A stretch of 64,000 nt of DNA. Origin: Nitrosopumilus sp. (GTDB taxonomy: Archaea > Thermoproteota > Nitrososphaeria > Nitrososphaerales > Nitrosopumilaceae). Where the stretch lies: positions 1,088,001 to 1,152,000 of the forward strand of contig OZ244651.1 in NCBI GenBank assembly GCA_965218695.1, read 5' to 3'. The stretch's first letter is position 1. Each line of letters begins with the position of its first letter. This document shows, in pieces, positions 1 through 9,481 of this stretch. The notes under the pieces were generated by a model. It was given only the letters and a program-made list of their open reading frames with translations. It ran no database searches and had not been told where the DNA came from. The translations under genes and the position numbers were made by a program.

Positions 1-787
1 ACTCGTCTACGTTCAGGTGTGGCGCCTCCAGCACGCGCTCCCTTACCGAATCGCGTTCCGGCGCCATGCGCCCGGCCTGCCTGATCTTGCCGCGGTAGGC
101 AGACGAGCGCGAGGTTACGTGCCCCAACGCGTCGCCGCCAAATTCTGCGGTCCTGGCATGCGACATGCCATTCATGTTCAGGGACGTCATGACCGCGTCA
201 AAGTTTGATGAACGGCGCGCGTGTTTTGCCGCGCCGGGAACCCTCCCGGAGACCTGTCTTTTGCACACGCGGCACCAGCGCCGCTTGATGACGTACCTGA
301 CGTTCTCCAACAGGACGCGCATGACAGTCACGATGCGATCGTACTCGGCAGTCACCCTCCCAGAGAGCCCGCCGCCGCAGTCGGGGCACTCCTTGCAGTC
401 GATCTCCTCGACGCGGTCCACGCGCTTTGGCCTGCAGTTGACGGTGGGTTTCTGCCCCTTGGGCCTGCCGGCGGCCTTCTTTCCCTGACCGGCCTTCTTC
501 TTGGGCGCGGGGACGCTGATCCCGTTTGCCTTGGCGTTGAGATCCCTGTTTGTCTTGGCGTACCTCTTGTTGTCCTCTGTGAGGGACGAGACGAGCGCCT
601 GCAGGCGCCCGGCCTCCTTCCAGTCTGCGCCCGACTCGCCTGCAATTTCGCAGGCTGCCTCCAGGATCTTGCGGGTTGGGCCTAGCACGTCGCCGAACAT
701 TTTTGCCCAGTGCAGGCAGCACCTGCACCCTGGTTCCATGCACGCCCCGGCATCCAGCGGGATTTGCGGCAAGGAGTGTTCGTGCAT
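1..787 (-). CDS. IS66-family transposase, partial (runs off window start)
   Basis: Not in ORF track. Manual translation from ATG 787 is open to base 2: basic GRPKGQK linker, CPDC...CRVC zinc ribbon, ending in LNVDE (start of the DDE core). Candidate GTAA-type end at 965 or 986. Confidence 0.85.
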   Translation of the reverse strand, partial: MHEHSLPQIPLDAGACMEPGCRCCLHWAKMFGDVLGPTRKILEAACEIAGESGADWKEAGRLQALVSSLTEDNKRYAKTNRDLNAKANGISVPAPKKKAGQGKKAAGRPKGQKPTVNCRPKRVDRVEEIDCKECPDCGGGLSGRVTAEYDRIVTVMRVLLENVRYVIKRRWCRVCKRQVSGRVPGAAKHARRSSNFDAVMTSLNMNGMSHARTAEFGGDALGHVTSRSSAYRGKIRQAGRMAPERDSVRERVLEAPHLNVDE

Positions 788-986
788 TGCCTTAAATTCC
801 TCCGCCTCCAAGCATGTTCGGCGTGCTGGTTCCTTCATTTCCAAAGATCGAAGGGACTGGCACCCACTCGTACTTGGATCGCGATGGTCTAACTTTGTCA
901 TCCCGAGTACGAAATTATTAGATTCATTCCCGGTACCATGGATGTCCGCTAGGCCATCCGGTTACTTCAAAAAGCGAAACAATTAC

Positions 987-2138
987 CCGGATTTGCAATT
1001 GGCCGTTTTTGAGCCGTTTTCATCCCGTGGCGCATGGCATCCGCTGGAACCGGAAACCGGTATTATGCCCCTGCCGGAGCCCTATGCTATCAGATTGTAG
1101 CAGATGCTTCTCAGGATGACCTGAAGCCTCTGCATGGGGAGCGTCTTTGCGGCCACGACGGAACCGAACCTCTCCTTCATGGACGAAAACACGGACTCGA
1201 CGAGGCTGCGCTGGTGGTACGCCTTCTCAAACCCTTCCTGATCTTGTCTGAACCAGCGGAGCATCTCTGCCCTGGGATTGAAGCCCTTTGCGGCATGGTT
1301 CTTGCGGGGCCATATCACCGGTTTTCTGCCGCTGTCGTAGATCATCTTGCAGTTGTCGCGTGCGTCATACGCCGAATCCAGCATGACGTGCCCGTTGCCG
1401 TCTGGCGTGCGGGCAAACATCTTTCTGAATATCGGCGAGTCGTGGGTGCGCCCGGGCGTCACCATGCAGGCGACGATCTTTCCGTGGGGGGCTACCAGTA
1501 TGTGCAGCTTGACGAACTGGCGCCTGGACACGATGCCCTTCTTGGCATCCTCCCAGTCGGCATAGACGTTGATTGAGAATCCGGTCGCGTCCCCGAGGAG
1601 CGGACCGTGCGCGTCACTGCCTGCCTGTCCCAGGATCACTTCCGTCAGAATCTCCTGCTTTTCTGCCAACCTCTTGGCTGTCGCATGCAGGCACGATTTG
1701 GACGGAACGGCTTTTAAGCCGCAGACGTGCAGTGAACCTGGGTTGGCCTCGAGGTACGAGACGTGTTCCCGGTACGAGTTGCCGCGAAACTCCTTGTCCG
1801 CTAGGCAGACCAAGTATGAGATCTCGCGCCGGTCCTTGTCGGACTTGGGTTTGCAGATCTCGTACAGGGTGGTGGTAAGGGAACGGATGCCTTGAATCAC
1901 ACGCTTCCCCTCTCCACTTCTTCGTATCTCGTATTCCATGCTGTAGCCTTTCGGCCGTACCCATTTCTTCTTGCTTGCCTTGTCTTTGTCTTTCTTGTCT
2001 CTGTTCTTTGCCTTCCTCTTTTTCCTGTTGGAATTCATTAATTGTGGACAGGATCGGTGATCCAAAACTTTTCTGGCGTCTGACGCTAATGATCTTTAAG
2101 CGTAACGCTATTTTTTTGAGGAAGATGTGGACAACGCC
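987..2138 (-). mobile_element. IS5/IS4-like element, copy 1; one end interrupted by the IS66
   Basis: End GTGGACAACGCC at 2127-2138 is identical to that of the 41543-42777 copy; similarity to that copy stops near 987. Confidence 0.8.
1082..2065 (-). CDS. DDE transposase (IS5/IS4 superfamily)
   Basis: Motifs DATG, KLHILV, DSAYD, YHQRSLVESVFSSMK. Confidence 0.9.
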   Translation of the reverse strand: MDHRSCPQLMNSNRKKRKAKNRDKKDKDKASKKKWVRPKGYSMEYEIRRSGEGKRVIQGIRSLTTTLYEICKPKSDKDRREISYLVCLADKEFRGNSYREHVSYLEANPGSLHVCGLKAVPSKSCLHATAKRLAEKQEILTEVILGQAGSDAHGPLLGDATGFSINVYADWEDAKKGIVSRRQFVKLHILVAPHGKIVACMVTPGRTHDSPIFRKMFARTPDGNGHVMLDSAYDARDNCKMIYDSGRKPVIWPRKNHAAKGFNPRAEMLRWFRQDQEGFEKAYHQRSLVESVFSSMKERFGSVVAAKTLPMQRLQVILRSICYNLIA

Positions 2139-2222
2139 GATGGGCCTTTCATCATGTTTTTTATATTTGGTACCATGTGCGGGCGGTACGGACGAGTCCA
2201 TACACCGGCATTCCTCGTATCT

Positions 2223-2558
2223 TTAAATGGCAAAATGCAGAATGTAAAATACCGGTACCTGTACTCTCGGGACTAATGGGAGGCAATGCCTGTTGGAACT
2301 CGGGATCAATTGGGTACCGTTTATTTTATCGGCTCTGTTCAAATATGGTGATCTCGCTTTAGAGCAGTTCATTCTGCAAGATTCTGGAGAACAGCAAATC
2401 TCATTTTTGAACAGTAATTCCCTGATCACCATATTTGAAGAGCCACGGCGTGCTTTCGTCTGGAATTGATCAATTATGGAAACAAAAAAACGTGCTGTTC
2501 CACACGAATTTATGATCTTCGCTATATGTTTTTCAAAATCAGGTTCAAGGTATACCAC
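2223..2558 (-). CDS. Hypothetical protein, possibly degenerate
   Basis: AT-rich 111-aa ORF divergent from the gene at 2605; no recognised motif. Confidence 0.25.
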   Translation of the reverse strand: MVYLEPDFEKHIAKIINSCGTARFFVSIIDQFQTKARRGSSNMVIRELLFKNEICCSPESCRMNCSKARSPYLNRADKINGTQLIPSSNRHCLPLVPRVQVPVFYILHFAI

Positions 2559-2663
2559 AAACCAATATCAATTGATTAATAACGCTTGTGTGTTGCAAAA
2601 CACAATGACTACAAAAAACGCAAAAACTATGCTGTTTGGATCCTTGCTGGCAATCTTAGCACT

Positions 2664-2768
2664 GTCACTTGGTGGTATTAATTTTGCACAAGTACAAGAA
2701 ACGATGGATGTGCCAACCAACGGCAACGGCGGGTCACTTGGTGGTATTAATTTTGCACAAGTACAAGA
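2664..2768 (+). repeat. 36-bp direct repeat encoding SLGGINFAQVQE twice
   Basis: GTCACTTGGTGGTATTAATTTTGCACAAGTACAAGA at 2664 and 2733. Confidence 0.9.
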
Positions 2769-2890
2769 GTTGACAGCGGAGCAAGAAGCACAAATCGATG
2801 AGACTGGAAAACAAATAGTCCAGCTACAGCAAGATAATATCAAGTATGAACAACTGCCAGACACACCCGAAAAGGCCGAACTCATATCTA

Positions 2891-3992
2891 TAGTGGCGAT
2901 CAAAAGTTCTTGCAAAATAATTCGGCTTTTCTGTTAAAGAATTTGATCAAATCCAGATTGAATCTCGCAGTTCGATAGTACTGGGAGACGGCACTGTGCA
3001 TGTCCAAGAAGGTTTTGTAGTATTCTGAAACAAGCAGGTTCCGTTTTCCCTGGTGCCAGCATTCTTCCACGGCGTTGAGATACGGTGAGCCTTTTGGCAG
3101 GTATATGATCCTGATGTTCTTGTTCTCGCGCAGCAGCGTCCGGACGGCTTTTGCGCGGTGCGGGGACGCCCTGTCCACCAGGACGGCAACCTTCCCAAAA
3201 TGCCTCTGCATGGCCTTGAGATAAGCAACAAAAGTGGGCGCGTTAAACCCGCTGGCAGTCCTGAAGAACTGCCTGCCATCCATTGTAATTGAACCGTACG
3301 CGGTAATTCTTTTGTGGCTTCCAGTGTATGGCACGGTTATTGGCACCCCCACGGGGGACCAATACTTGCGGCCAGATTTTACGTCGTGTATGAAGAACGC
3401 CTCGTCTTGCACGGCCAGGACAAAACCGTCTTTTTCTAGGCGTGAAATTCTCTTTTTGAGGCGATATTGCCAGCTTTTTACGGCTGCCTTGGTGGCCCTG
3501 TTGATGTGGATCCTTTGCGACCCCTTGGGGGACAGACCGTATTTTTGCATGATTTTCCTGATGTTCGTCCTGTGCATCTTTGTTCCCGTCTCCCTGTGTA
3601 TGACCTGTTGCAGTTCGGCAGGAGTGGTCTTGAACCGGTCTACCTTGTCCAGTATGCCGTCCATTGCTTCAGGTGAAATCTTGGGCGGCCTGCCGGATCT
3701 GGGAAGATCCCGGAGGCCTTGTAGACCTCCATTCTCGAAGCGTTCCAGCCAGTTGCGTACCCACCTGGGACATCGCAGAAGATTGACGGCCGCATCATCT
3801 ATGCTCATTTTACGAAAATGTACCATGTGTACTGCAAGCATTCTGGCTCCCACCCTGAGGTCCTTTTCTTTTTTGTATGCTACTTCGAGTTCTTCCCGTG
3901 TTACTTTGATCATGCCGCGTTAGGCGACCGGCTGATCTACATAGTTTTCGGTCTGAGGTGCTGAACTTGGAACGAACTTTCACTTTTCACTA
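2891..3992 (-). mobile_element. IS630-family element
   Basis: Ends TAGTG...CACTA flanked by TA on both sides (2889-2890, 3993-3994). Confidence 0.9.
2900..3913 (-). CDS. IS630 transposase
   Basis: HTH region with DLPRSGRP; QDEA, VDRASPH and YLPKGSPYLNAVE catalytic motifs. Confidence 0.93.
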   Translation of the reverse strand: MIKVTREELEVAYKKEKDLRVGARMLAVHMVHFRKMSIDDAAVNLLRCPRWVRNWLERFENGGLQGLRDLPRSGRPPKISPEAMDGILDKVDRFKTTPAELQQVIHRETGTKMHRTNIRKIMQKYGLSPKGSQRIHINRATKAAVKSWQYRLKKRISRLEKDGFVLAVQDEAFFIHDVKSGRKYWSPVGVPITVPYTGSHKRITAYGSITMDGRQFFRTASGFNAPTFVAYLKAMQRHFGKVAVLVDRASPHRAKAVRTLLRENKNIRIIYLPKGSPYLNAVEECWHQGKRNLLVSEYYKTFLDMHSAVSQYYRTARFNLDLIKFFNRKAELFCKNF

Positions 3993-4027
3993 TAGAAATC
4001 TTGATAGAATAGATGGATTGTTTGCAC

Positions 4028-5553
4028 GTAAGTGTTCACGTCGTGCCTAATTCAGTTCACTCTTGGGTAAATTTTGTGCAAACCACAGATCCAAATAGGA
4101 TGGTAATCCAAACCCGATGTGAAAAGCCAGGCTGAACTCAAAAAGATGTACACGGATCTCAAGACTGAGAACATCAAGCTCAAGCAGACGATTGAGATGC
4201 AAGGGCAGATAATTGAGGAATTGAATCTGGCAGTTGCTGATCTTAAGCGCAGGCTGGTGCGGCATGACAATTACAACACCCCGTCATCACAAAAAAGGGG
4301 GCCCGGATGGCCTGACACAAAGGGAAAAGGCGACGAAAAGAATGCCTACAATAAATCCACAAAAGCCTCCCGGGATCAAAAGGACCGCGTGGATGCGGCC
4401 GGCAGCGGGAAGTCGCGCGGGGGGCAAAAAGGCCACATGGGCCGCACCCGCAAGCCAAAACCCACCGAGTTTGAGGAACACACCCCGGAGGCCTGCCCCG
4501 AATGCGGCTCGGGTAGCCTTTCCATAGTGCAGTCAGAAAAACGCGACATTACCAGGGTGGAGCGCACGATAAAGGTCATCACCACGCGCCACACCATAAA
4601 CACGTGTCGCTGCTCCTGCGGTCTGGTGGACATCAAGCCCGAGACCGGCCTTCCAGACAAGGGCAGCTACGATCCGAGCATAACGACTGATGTTGCAGAC
4701 GATTACGTGTGTCGCATGCCGTTTAGGATGATCGCAGACCGCATGTCGCGGTACGGAATTACACTCTCCTCGGGCACGGCGCACAACATAATGCGCAGGC
4801 TGGGAACGTCGCTGGGCGCCCCTGCGGCAGCCATTGCCGCCATGATACGCAAGGCCAAGATACTGCACGCCGACGAGACATCGATTCACCTAAACGGCCG
4901 CAACGTCTGGGTGTGGATACTGCACGATCCGCTGACCGGGCACGCGCTGTACGTGATACGGGACAGCCGGGGGGCAAAGGTTCTGAAAGAAGCGCTTGGG
5001 GGTTGGGACGGCACGTTAGTGTGCGACGGCTGGACGGCGTACGGAAAATACCGCGTCCAGCGCTGCTGGTCGCACATAATACGCGAGGCCAGGGACATCT
5101 GCAACCGCAATCCGGACTGCCCAGGCGCGCGCAACGTCCTGAAGCACCTGCGCATAATCTATGATTATGCCAGAAGGGCAAGCAGGAAACGCTCGCGCTC
5201 TCTCCGGGACAACGCGTCTGCCATGCTGACGTCATGCATCGAAAAGATCGTTGCAAGGTACGCCGACGATCCAATATTGGAAAAATTCATGGTCAAGATC
5301 AGCAATGCTGGCAGCGACCTGTTCCGGTTCGTGCTGAACCCAAAGATCCCGCCTACAAACAATGCTGCAGAACGCGGGTTGCGCGAGATAGTCGTGCACA
5401 GAAAAATACGGGGCAGCATAAGGGCAGAGGAGACGATGACGTGGATGGCGAATTTCTTTTCATGTGTAATGACATGGAAAAACAAGAAATTGGATTACTT
5501 GGCGGAGATTGCAAAATACGCCTAAAAATGAGTTAAACCACGTGAACACTTAC
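4028..5553 (+). mobile_element. IS66-family (single-ORF, ISBst12-like) element, copy 1
   Basis: TIR GTAAGTGTTCACG / CGTGAACACTTAC; no TSD; inverted copy at 35497-37022 encodes an identical protein. Confidence 0.95.
4119..5525 (+). CDS. IS66 transposase
   Basis: Coiled coil, GGQKGH, CPEC zinc ribbon, HADET, CDG, QRCWSH, TNNAAERGLR. Confidence 0.95.
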   Translation: MKSQAELKKMYTDLKTENIKLKQTIEMQGQIIEELNLAVADLKRRLVRHDNYNTPSSQKRGPGWPDTKGKGDEKNAYNKSTKASRDQKDRVDAAGSGKSRGGQKGHMGRTRKPKPTEFEEHTPEACPECGSGSLSIVQSEKRDITRVERTIKVITTRHTINTCRCSCGLVDIKPETGLPDKGSYDPSITTDVADDYVCRMPFRMIADRMSRYGITLSSGTAHNIMRRLGTSLGAPAAAIAAMIRKAKILHADETSIHLNGRNVWVWILHDPLTGHALYVIRDSRGAKVLKEALGGWDGTLVCDGWTAYGKYRVQRCWSHIIREARDICNRNPDCPGARNVLKHLRIIYDYARRASRKRSRSLRDNASAMLTSCIEKIVARYADDPILEKFMVKISNAGSDLFRFVLNPKIPPTNNAAERGLREIVVHRKIRGSIRAEETMTWMANFFSCVMTWKNKKLDYLAEIAKYA

Positions 5554-5760
5554 GTTATTTTTAATTAATAATCCGGCAGCTATGTTTCGTTTTTAAATTC
5601 CGGGTATTCTGCCAGAAACGCCTCGATCCAGTCATCATGCAAGCCATCTGTCGAGTAAAGCCATGCCTCAATGTCCTCTTCTTCCTCCAATAGAAAATAT
5701 GCGTAATCCGGAACTTTTTCAAACTCCGCGCTGACATGTTAGCCCTGCTGTCAAAAATTT

Positions 5761-7074
5761 ATGATCCATCCAATTAAAACCAGAATATGCCGGTTCATAC
5801 TGTTGTCGAATCAGGAAACAAGTGACCTGCAAAAAGAGAACAAGGCTCTCAGATACATGATCAAGCGCCAGGACGCTGACATCAAGCGCCAGGACGCTGA
5901 CATCAAGCGCCAGGACGCTGACATCAAGCGCTTGGAGGCAGCCGCCAAGCACGAGCAAAGCCTGTGGAGCACGCGGGACGGCTCCGAGTCCGGAGCCGCA
6001 GGGGAGCCCGCCCTGCTGCACCGCGTGGAGGTGTTTGACGACGTCATCGGCGTCGGGAAGAAGCTTCATGACGCGACGCTGAAGGGCAGGGGGCAATTCC
6101 AGTACATACTTGACAGGGCCGAGGCATGGATAAGACAAAGCGGCAAATCCCCGCTCTTCAGGAACGACGAGACGAGGGCGTCGGATCCCGGGAACCGCTG
6201 CAAGCTGTACCCAAGGCACGCGCTACTCATGTCACTGATGTACAAAAAGGGCAACCCCACGCAGGGCGCGCTTGCGGCATTCTTTGGAATAGACCAGGCG
6301 ACCGTGTCCAGGTACATCGACGTCATGGACGCGGTACTCGAGGCGGCGCTGCCCACTGCTGCCAACATATCAAAGGAGATAGCAGGCACGGAGACAAAAG
6401 AGGATCTCAAAAAAATAATTTCCGGGCCTGACGGGGGCATCATGATGATCGACGGCACGCACTGCCCCATACAGAGGCCGGACGAAAAACAGATGAGGAG
6501 CATGATGTATTCGGGCAAGAAGAAGAAATTCACGCTCAACACCACAGTCTGCATAAATGAAAACGGGGTGATAGTCGCCATATCCGGCAGCACCGTGGGA
6601 TCCGTCCACGACATCACGCTGCTCAGGGAGAGCCCGCTGCCGTTTGGAAAATGGTGGGACCGCATGTGCGACGAGGACACCCCCGAAGAGGACAGGATCC
6701 ACACCCTTACTGACCGCGGCTACAAGGGAATCGCAAAGGATCTGCCCGGCACAAACACCCTGCAGCCGCACAAGAAGACCAAGAACCACAAGCGCTTTAC
6801 AAAGGAGGAAAAGGAGCACAACCACGCCGTCAACTCGGCCAGGGTAAAGGTGGAGCACTCCATCGGCAGGCTGAAGCGGTACGGCCGGCTTACCGCGCCA
6901 TACAAGGGAAAGATTGGCGACTTTAACAGGGAATTTAACATAATAACCGGACTCGTAAACCTGGACCTCCTGTGGAACCAGATGAAGAAAGGACCTCCTT
7001 CAGGTAGCACGCTGGGGCCGGTAATAAACTGGGAAGAGGCAAACGTCCCCGGCAGCGCCGTTTCAAACAATTAA
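5761..7074 (+). CDS. DDE_Tnp_4-like transposase (start uncertain)
   Basis: HTH FGIDQATVSR; IDGT, YSGKKK, HD, DRGY, RVKVEHSIGRLK. Confidence 0.9.
   Translation: MIHPIKTRICRFILLSNQETSDLQKENKALRYMIKRQDADIKRQDADIKRQDADIKRLEAAAKHEQSLWSTRDGSESGAAGEPALLHRVEVFDDVIGVGKKLHDATLKGRGQFQYILDRAEAWIRQSGKSPLFRNDETRASDPGNRCKLYPRHALLMSLMYKKGNPTQGALAAFFGIDQATVSRYIDVMDAVLEAALPTAANISKEIAGTETKEDLKKIISGPDGGIMMIDGTHCPIQRPDEKQMRSMMYSGKKKKFTLNTTVCINENGVIVAISGSTVGSVHDITLLRESPLPFGKWWDRMCDEDTPEEDRIHTLTDRGYKGIAKDLPGTNTLQPHKKTKNHKRFTKEEKEHNHAVNSARVKVEHSIGRLKRYGRLTAPYKGKIGDFNREFNIITGLVNLDLLWNQMKKGPPSGSTLGPVINWEEANVPGSAVSNN
5860..5930 (+). repeat. 21-bp in-frame tandem repeat, ~3.5 copies (IKRQDAD)
   Basis: ATCAAGCGCCAGGACGCTGAC repeated perfectly. 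Confidence 0.95.
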
Positions 7075-7260
7075 TTCCGTGCACATCGTGGTGCTGCAAG
7101 GTTGCGCACGTTATTTTGTATTTCTGGCAGGACAGGATCCCCACATGGCTAACATGGCGAGAATTAAATCAGAATTTTTAATATTTTCTGGGTTTTTCTG
7201 GTTTAACCCAACGAAATGGAGGGATTACGCATGGCTTCTAATATGTGTTCCCTGATGAGT

Positions 7261-8473
7261 GGGTGTGTCCTAGTAATAAAAAATGCCATTTCATGTGCCA
7301 AGATGCCAAAGACATGATTGGTGCCAGAACCCGTCGACGCCAACAGTGCCGCACCGTCAATCTTTCACAACCCATAAAATCCCCCAAATCCAAGACACGG
7401 TGCGGAGGCTCCGCTAGGAAGCGCGTGGTGAAACGCGCCAGCTATGCTGCAAGTGTCGCGATTTGATCCTGTGTGAGCCTGCCGTCTTTTGCCTGCAATC
7501 TGGCCACGAGCTCGACGTTGTAGCACATGACACGGATCGCAGTCTCCCTTGTCCGGTTCTCGTGTTTTCGGCACCTGGTGCTGTCCCCGTACATCTTCTT
7601 GAGGGCTGCAAAGACTGCCTCGATGATGCTGCGCTGGTGGTATTCCGAGTCAAACCTGTCCCGTTCATCCATGTACAGGCTTACCATCTCGCGCCACGAC
7701 TGGCTTCCCCTGGCGTTGCGTATGGTGTTGGATTTTGGCTTGATGCGGGGCACCATTCCCATCGCAGATATCATGTTGCACATGAGCCTTGCCAGGTATG
7801 CAGAATCCAGGCAAAAGTCGCCGGTGCCCCGGCCTAACCTGCCGAGCATCGCGTACAGCCCGTTTATGTCTGCCACTGCGCTGTCAGTCACCATGCAGTC
7901 GATTATCACCCTGGTGCGGATATCCACGATTGCGTGCAGTTTGACCCATCCCTTTCTGGTACGAAAACTGTCGGTTCTGACGTCAAACCACCTGACAAAC
8001 CGCAGGTACGAGTATCCGGTACCGTCTGCTGCCAGGGAGCCTGCCTCCACCTCCCTGATGGCAATCCGGTGTGCCTCTGCCAGGTACCATTCCGGGATCA
8101 GGCCGTAGGCGCGTGCTATCGTGCTCTTGGAGGGAATTTTCTCTAGGCCCATCTTGGCTGCCATGGCGCTATTGTTTCGGAGGATGCCGACCATCTTACG
8201 GTAGGTCGTGCGCTGTGCCTCAAGCATGATGCAGACAGCTGCCATGGCGCCAGGCGGGTATGCCGTCATGCCGCCCAGGCCGGGCCTGACGGCGTACGGA
8301 TCCCCAAGATTCTTGATTATTCCCAGCACGGTATTCAGCATGAGGCCCGACAGGTACTGCTGAACCAAATCGTACTGTCGTTGGTCGCGTTTCTTTGTAG
8401 TCATTAGGCGATGCCGTGATCCGCCGATCCATATCTTTTGTCATCCGGGGGTATATGCCTCTAGGACACACCC
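7261..8473 (-). mobile_element. IS5/IS4-like element, copy 1
   Basis: TIR GGGTGTGTCCTAG; 9-bp TSD CTGATGAGT (7252-7260, 8474-8482). Confidence 0.95.
7442..8404 (-). CDS. DDE transposase (IS5/IS4 superfamily)
   Basis: DGTG, KLHAIVD, DSAY, YHQRSIIEAVFAALK. Confidence 0.92.
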   Translation of the reverse strand: MTTKKRDQRQYDLVQQYLSGLMLNTVLGIIKNLGDPYAVRPGLGGMTAYPPGAMAAVCIMLEAQRTTYRKMVGILRNNSAMAAKMGLEKIPSKSTIARAYGLIPEWYLAEAHRIAIREVEAGSLAADGTGYSYLRFVRWFDVRTDSFRTRKGWVKLHAIVDIRTRVIIDCMVTDSAVADINGLYAMLGRLGRGTGDFCLDSAYLARLMCNMISAMGMVPRIKPKSNTIRNARGSQSWREMVSLYMDERDRFDSEYHQRSIIEAVFAALKKMYGDSTRCRKHENRTRETAIRVMCYNVELVARLQAKDGRLTQDQIATLAA

Positions 8474-9481
8474 CTGATGAGTTCTGCAAAATCCTCCATC
8501 GGGGGACCCATCGCTACAAAGTCTATTTCATCTGAAATATCCGTGCCGGAAAAAATTTTGTAAAACGTGATAAAATCGTGATCAGGGTTTAGTACCTGAT
8601 GTTTTAGAAACTCCAGCTGTAATTGCCTTGCCTCCTCAATGCTCATGGCATCTAGTCGATAGTACTCAATCAATACGTTATTCAAATTATATGGCGTATC
8701 GCCCTGCTCGGGCAGTGATAGGGTGTTTCCAAATTTATCAATTTGTGGCGTGAAGGACAATCGTTCCAAGGAATCAGGGCGGTAGTGATCAAAGGTGGCT
8801 GTGTCATTGGTGACGCTAAATGCAAAAAATCCCCCATATCCGGCAACCCAAATGCGCACTGGGTTGACCAGGTGGAATGTTGGCTCGTTTACAACCGCGG
8901 TAAGGATTGATGTGTGGGGTTGGTCGTTTCCAAAGGATATTGTCTTTTCGCCGCGATAGTGCACAACCTTGTGCTTGTCCGGACTGCCGGTTATCTCAAA
9001 CCCATCCGAAAGTATCTCCAGTTCTTCGGGAAATTCAACGCTCATAATTGGCGCATCGCATTCCGGGTAATATTCTGTTATCTGGTATCCGTACATGTTG
9101 GAATCAGAATTATCCAGTCCGTATTTGTCGAGGATTTCCACCATCTGATCGAGTATTGCGTCCAGATCGGCCGATTCCGCTCCGATCAGGGTCGAATGAT
9201 CGCCGTTTGCATCCCCTAGCGGTGGAAGGTATTCGTCACGCAGATTTTGCATTGTCCTCTTGTCGTCTTCGGACATCACATCCCAATTTGGGTTTGGCAC
9301 CTTCCAGCTGTATGTAAGCACGATGTCGAACGGATCCCCCACCTTTACTTGCTCTGGAACTTCAAATGTGGCGTACAGCGCGTTGTTTGAGCACGGATCC
9401 CCGAGATAATGGTAAGGAGGGGGGAGTATGGCCTTGTCCCTGTGTGTTGCCAGGCGCGACGGAAACCATTCGTCATTGAAG

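Larger units (their letters stand above)
2605..4027 (+). pseudogene. Secreted protein interrupted by IS630 and truncated by IS66
   Basis: Signal-peptide-like MTTKNAKTMLFGSLLAILALS. Removing the IS630 restores the frame (ELIS|RNLDRIDGLFA) up to the IS66 end at 4028. Confidence 0.7.
5701..7230 (+). mobile_element. IS5-family (ISL2/Harbinger-like) element
   Basis: TIR GCGTAATCC / GGATTACGC with AT on both sides. Confidence 0.85.
5579..9481 (-). pseudogene. Acidic hypothetical protein gene split by two IS and 5'-truncated by a third
   Basis: Open frame from 9481 to 8474; after removing IS 7261-8473 it continues ELI-REHILEA; a protein-like tail YFLLEEEEDIEAWL...EFKNET* lies at 5699-5579. The frame across the last junction is uncertain by 1 nt. 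Confidence 0.6.

Noticed and set aside
198-1100. Overlapping ORF-track calls at the window start
   Set aside because: Alternative frames of the IS66 transposase at 787-1 and of IS ends.
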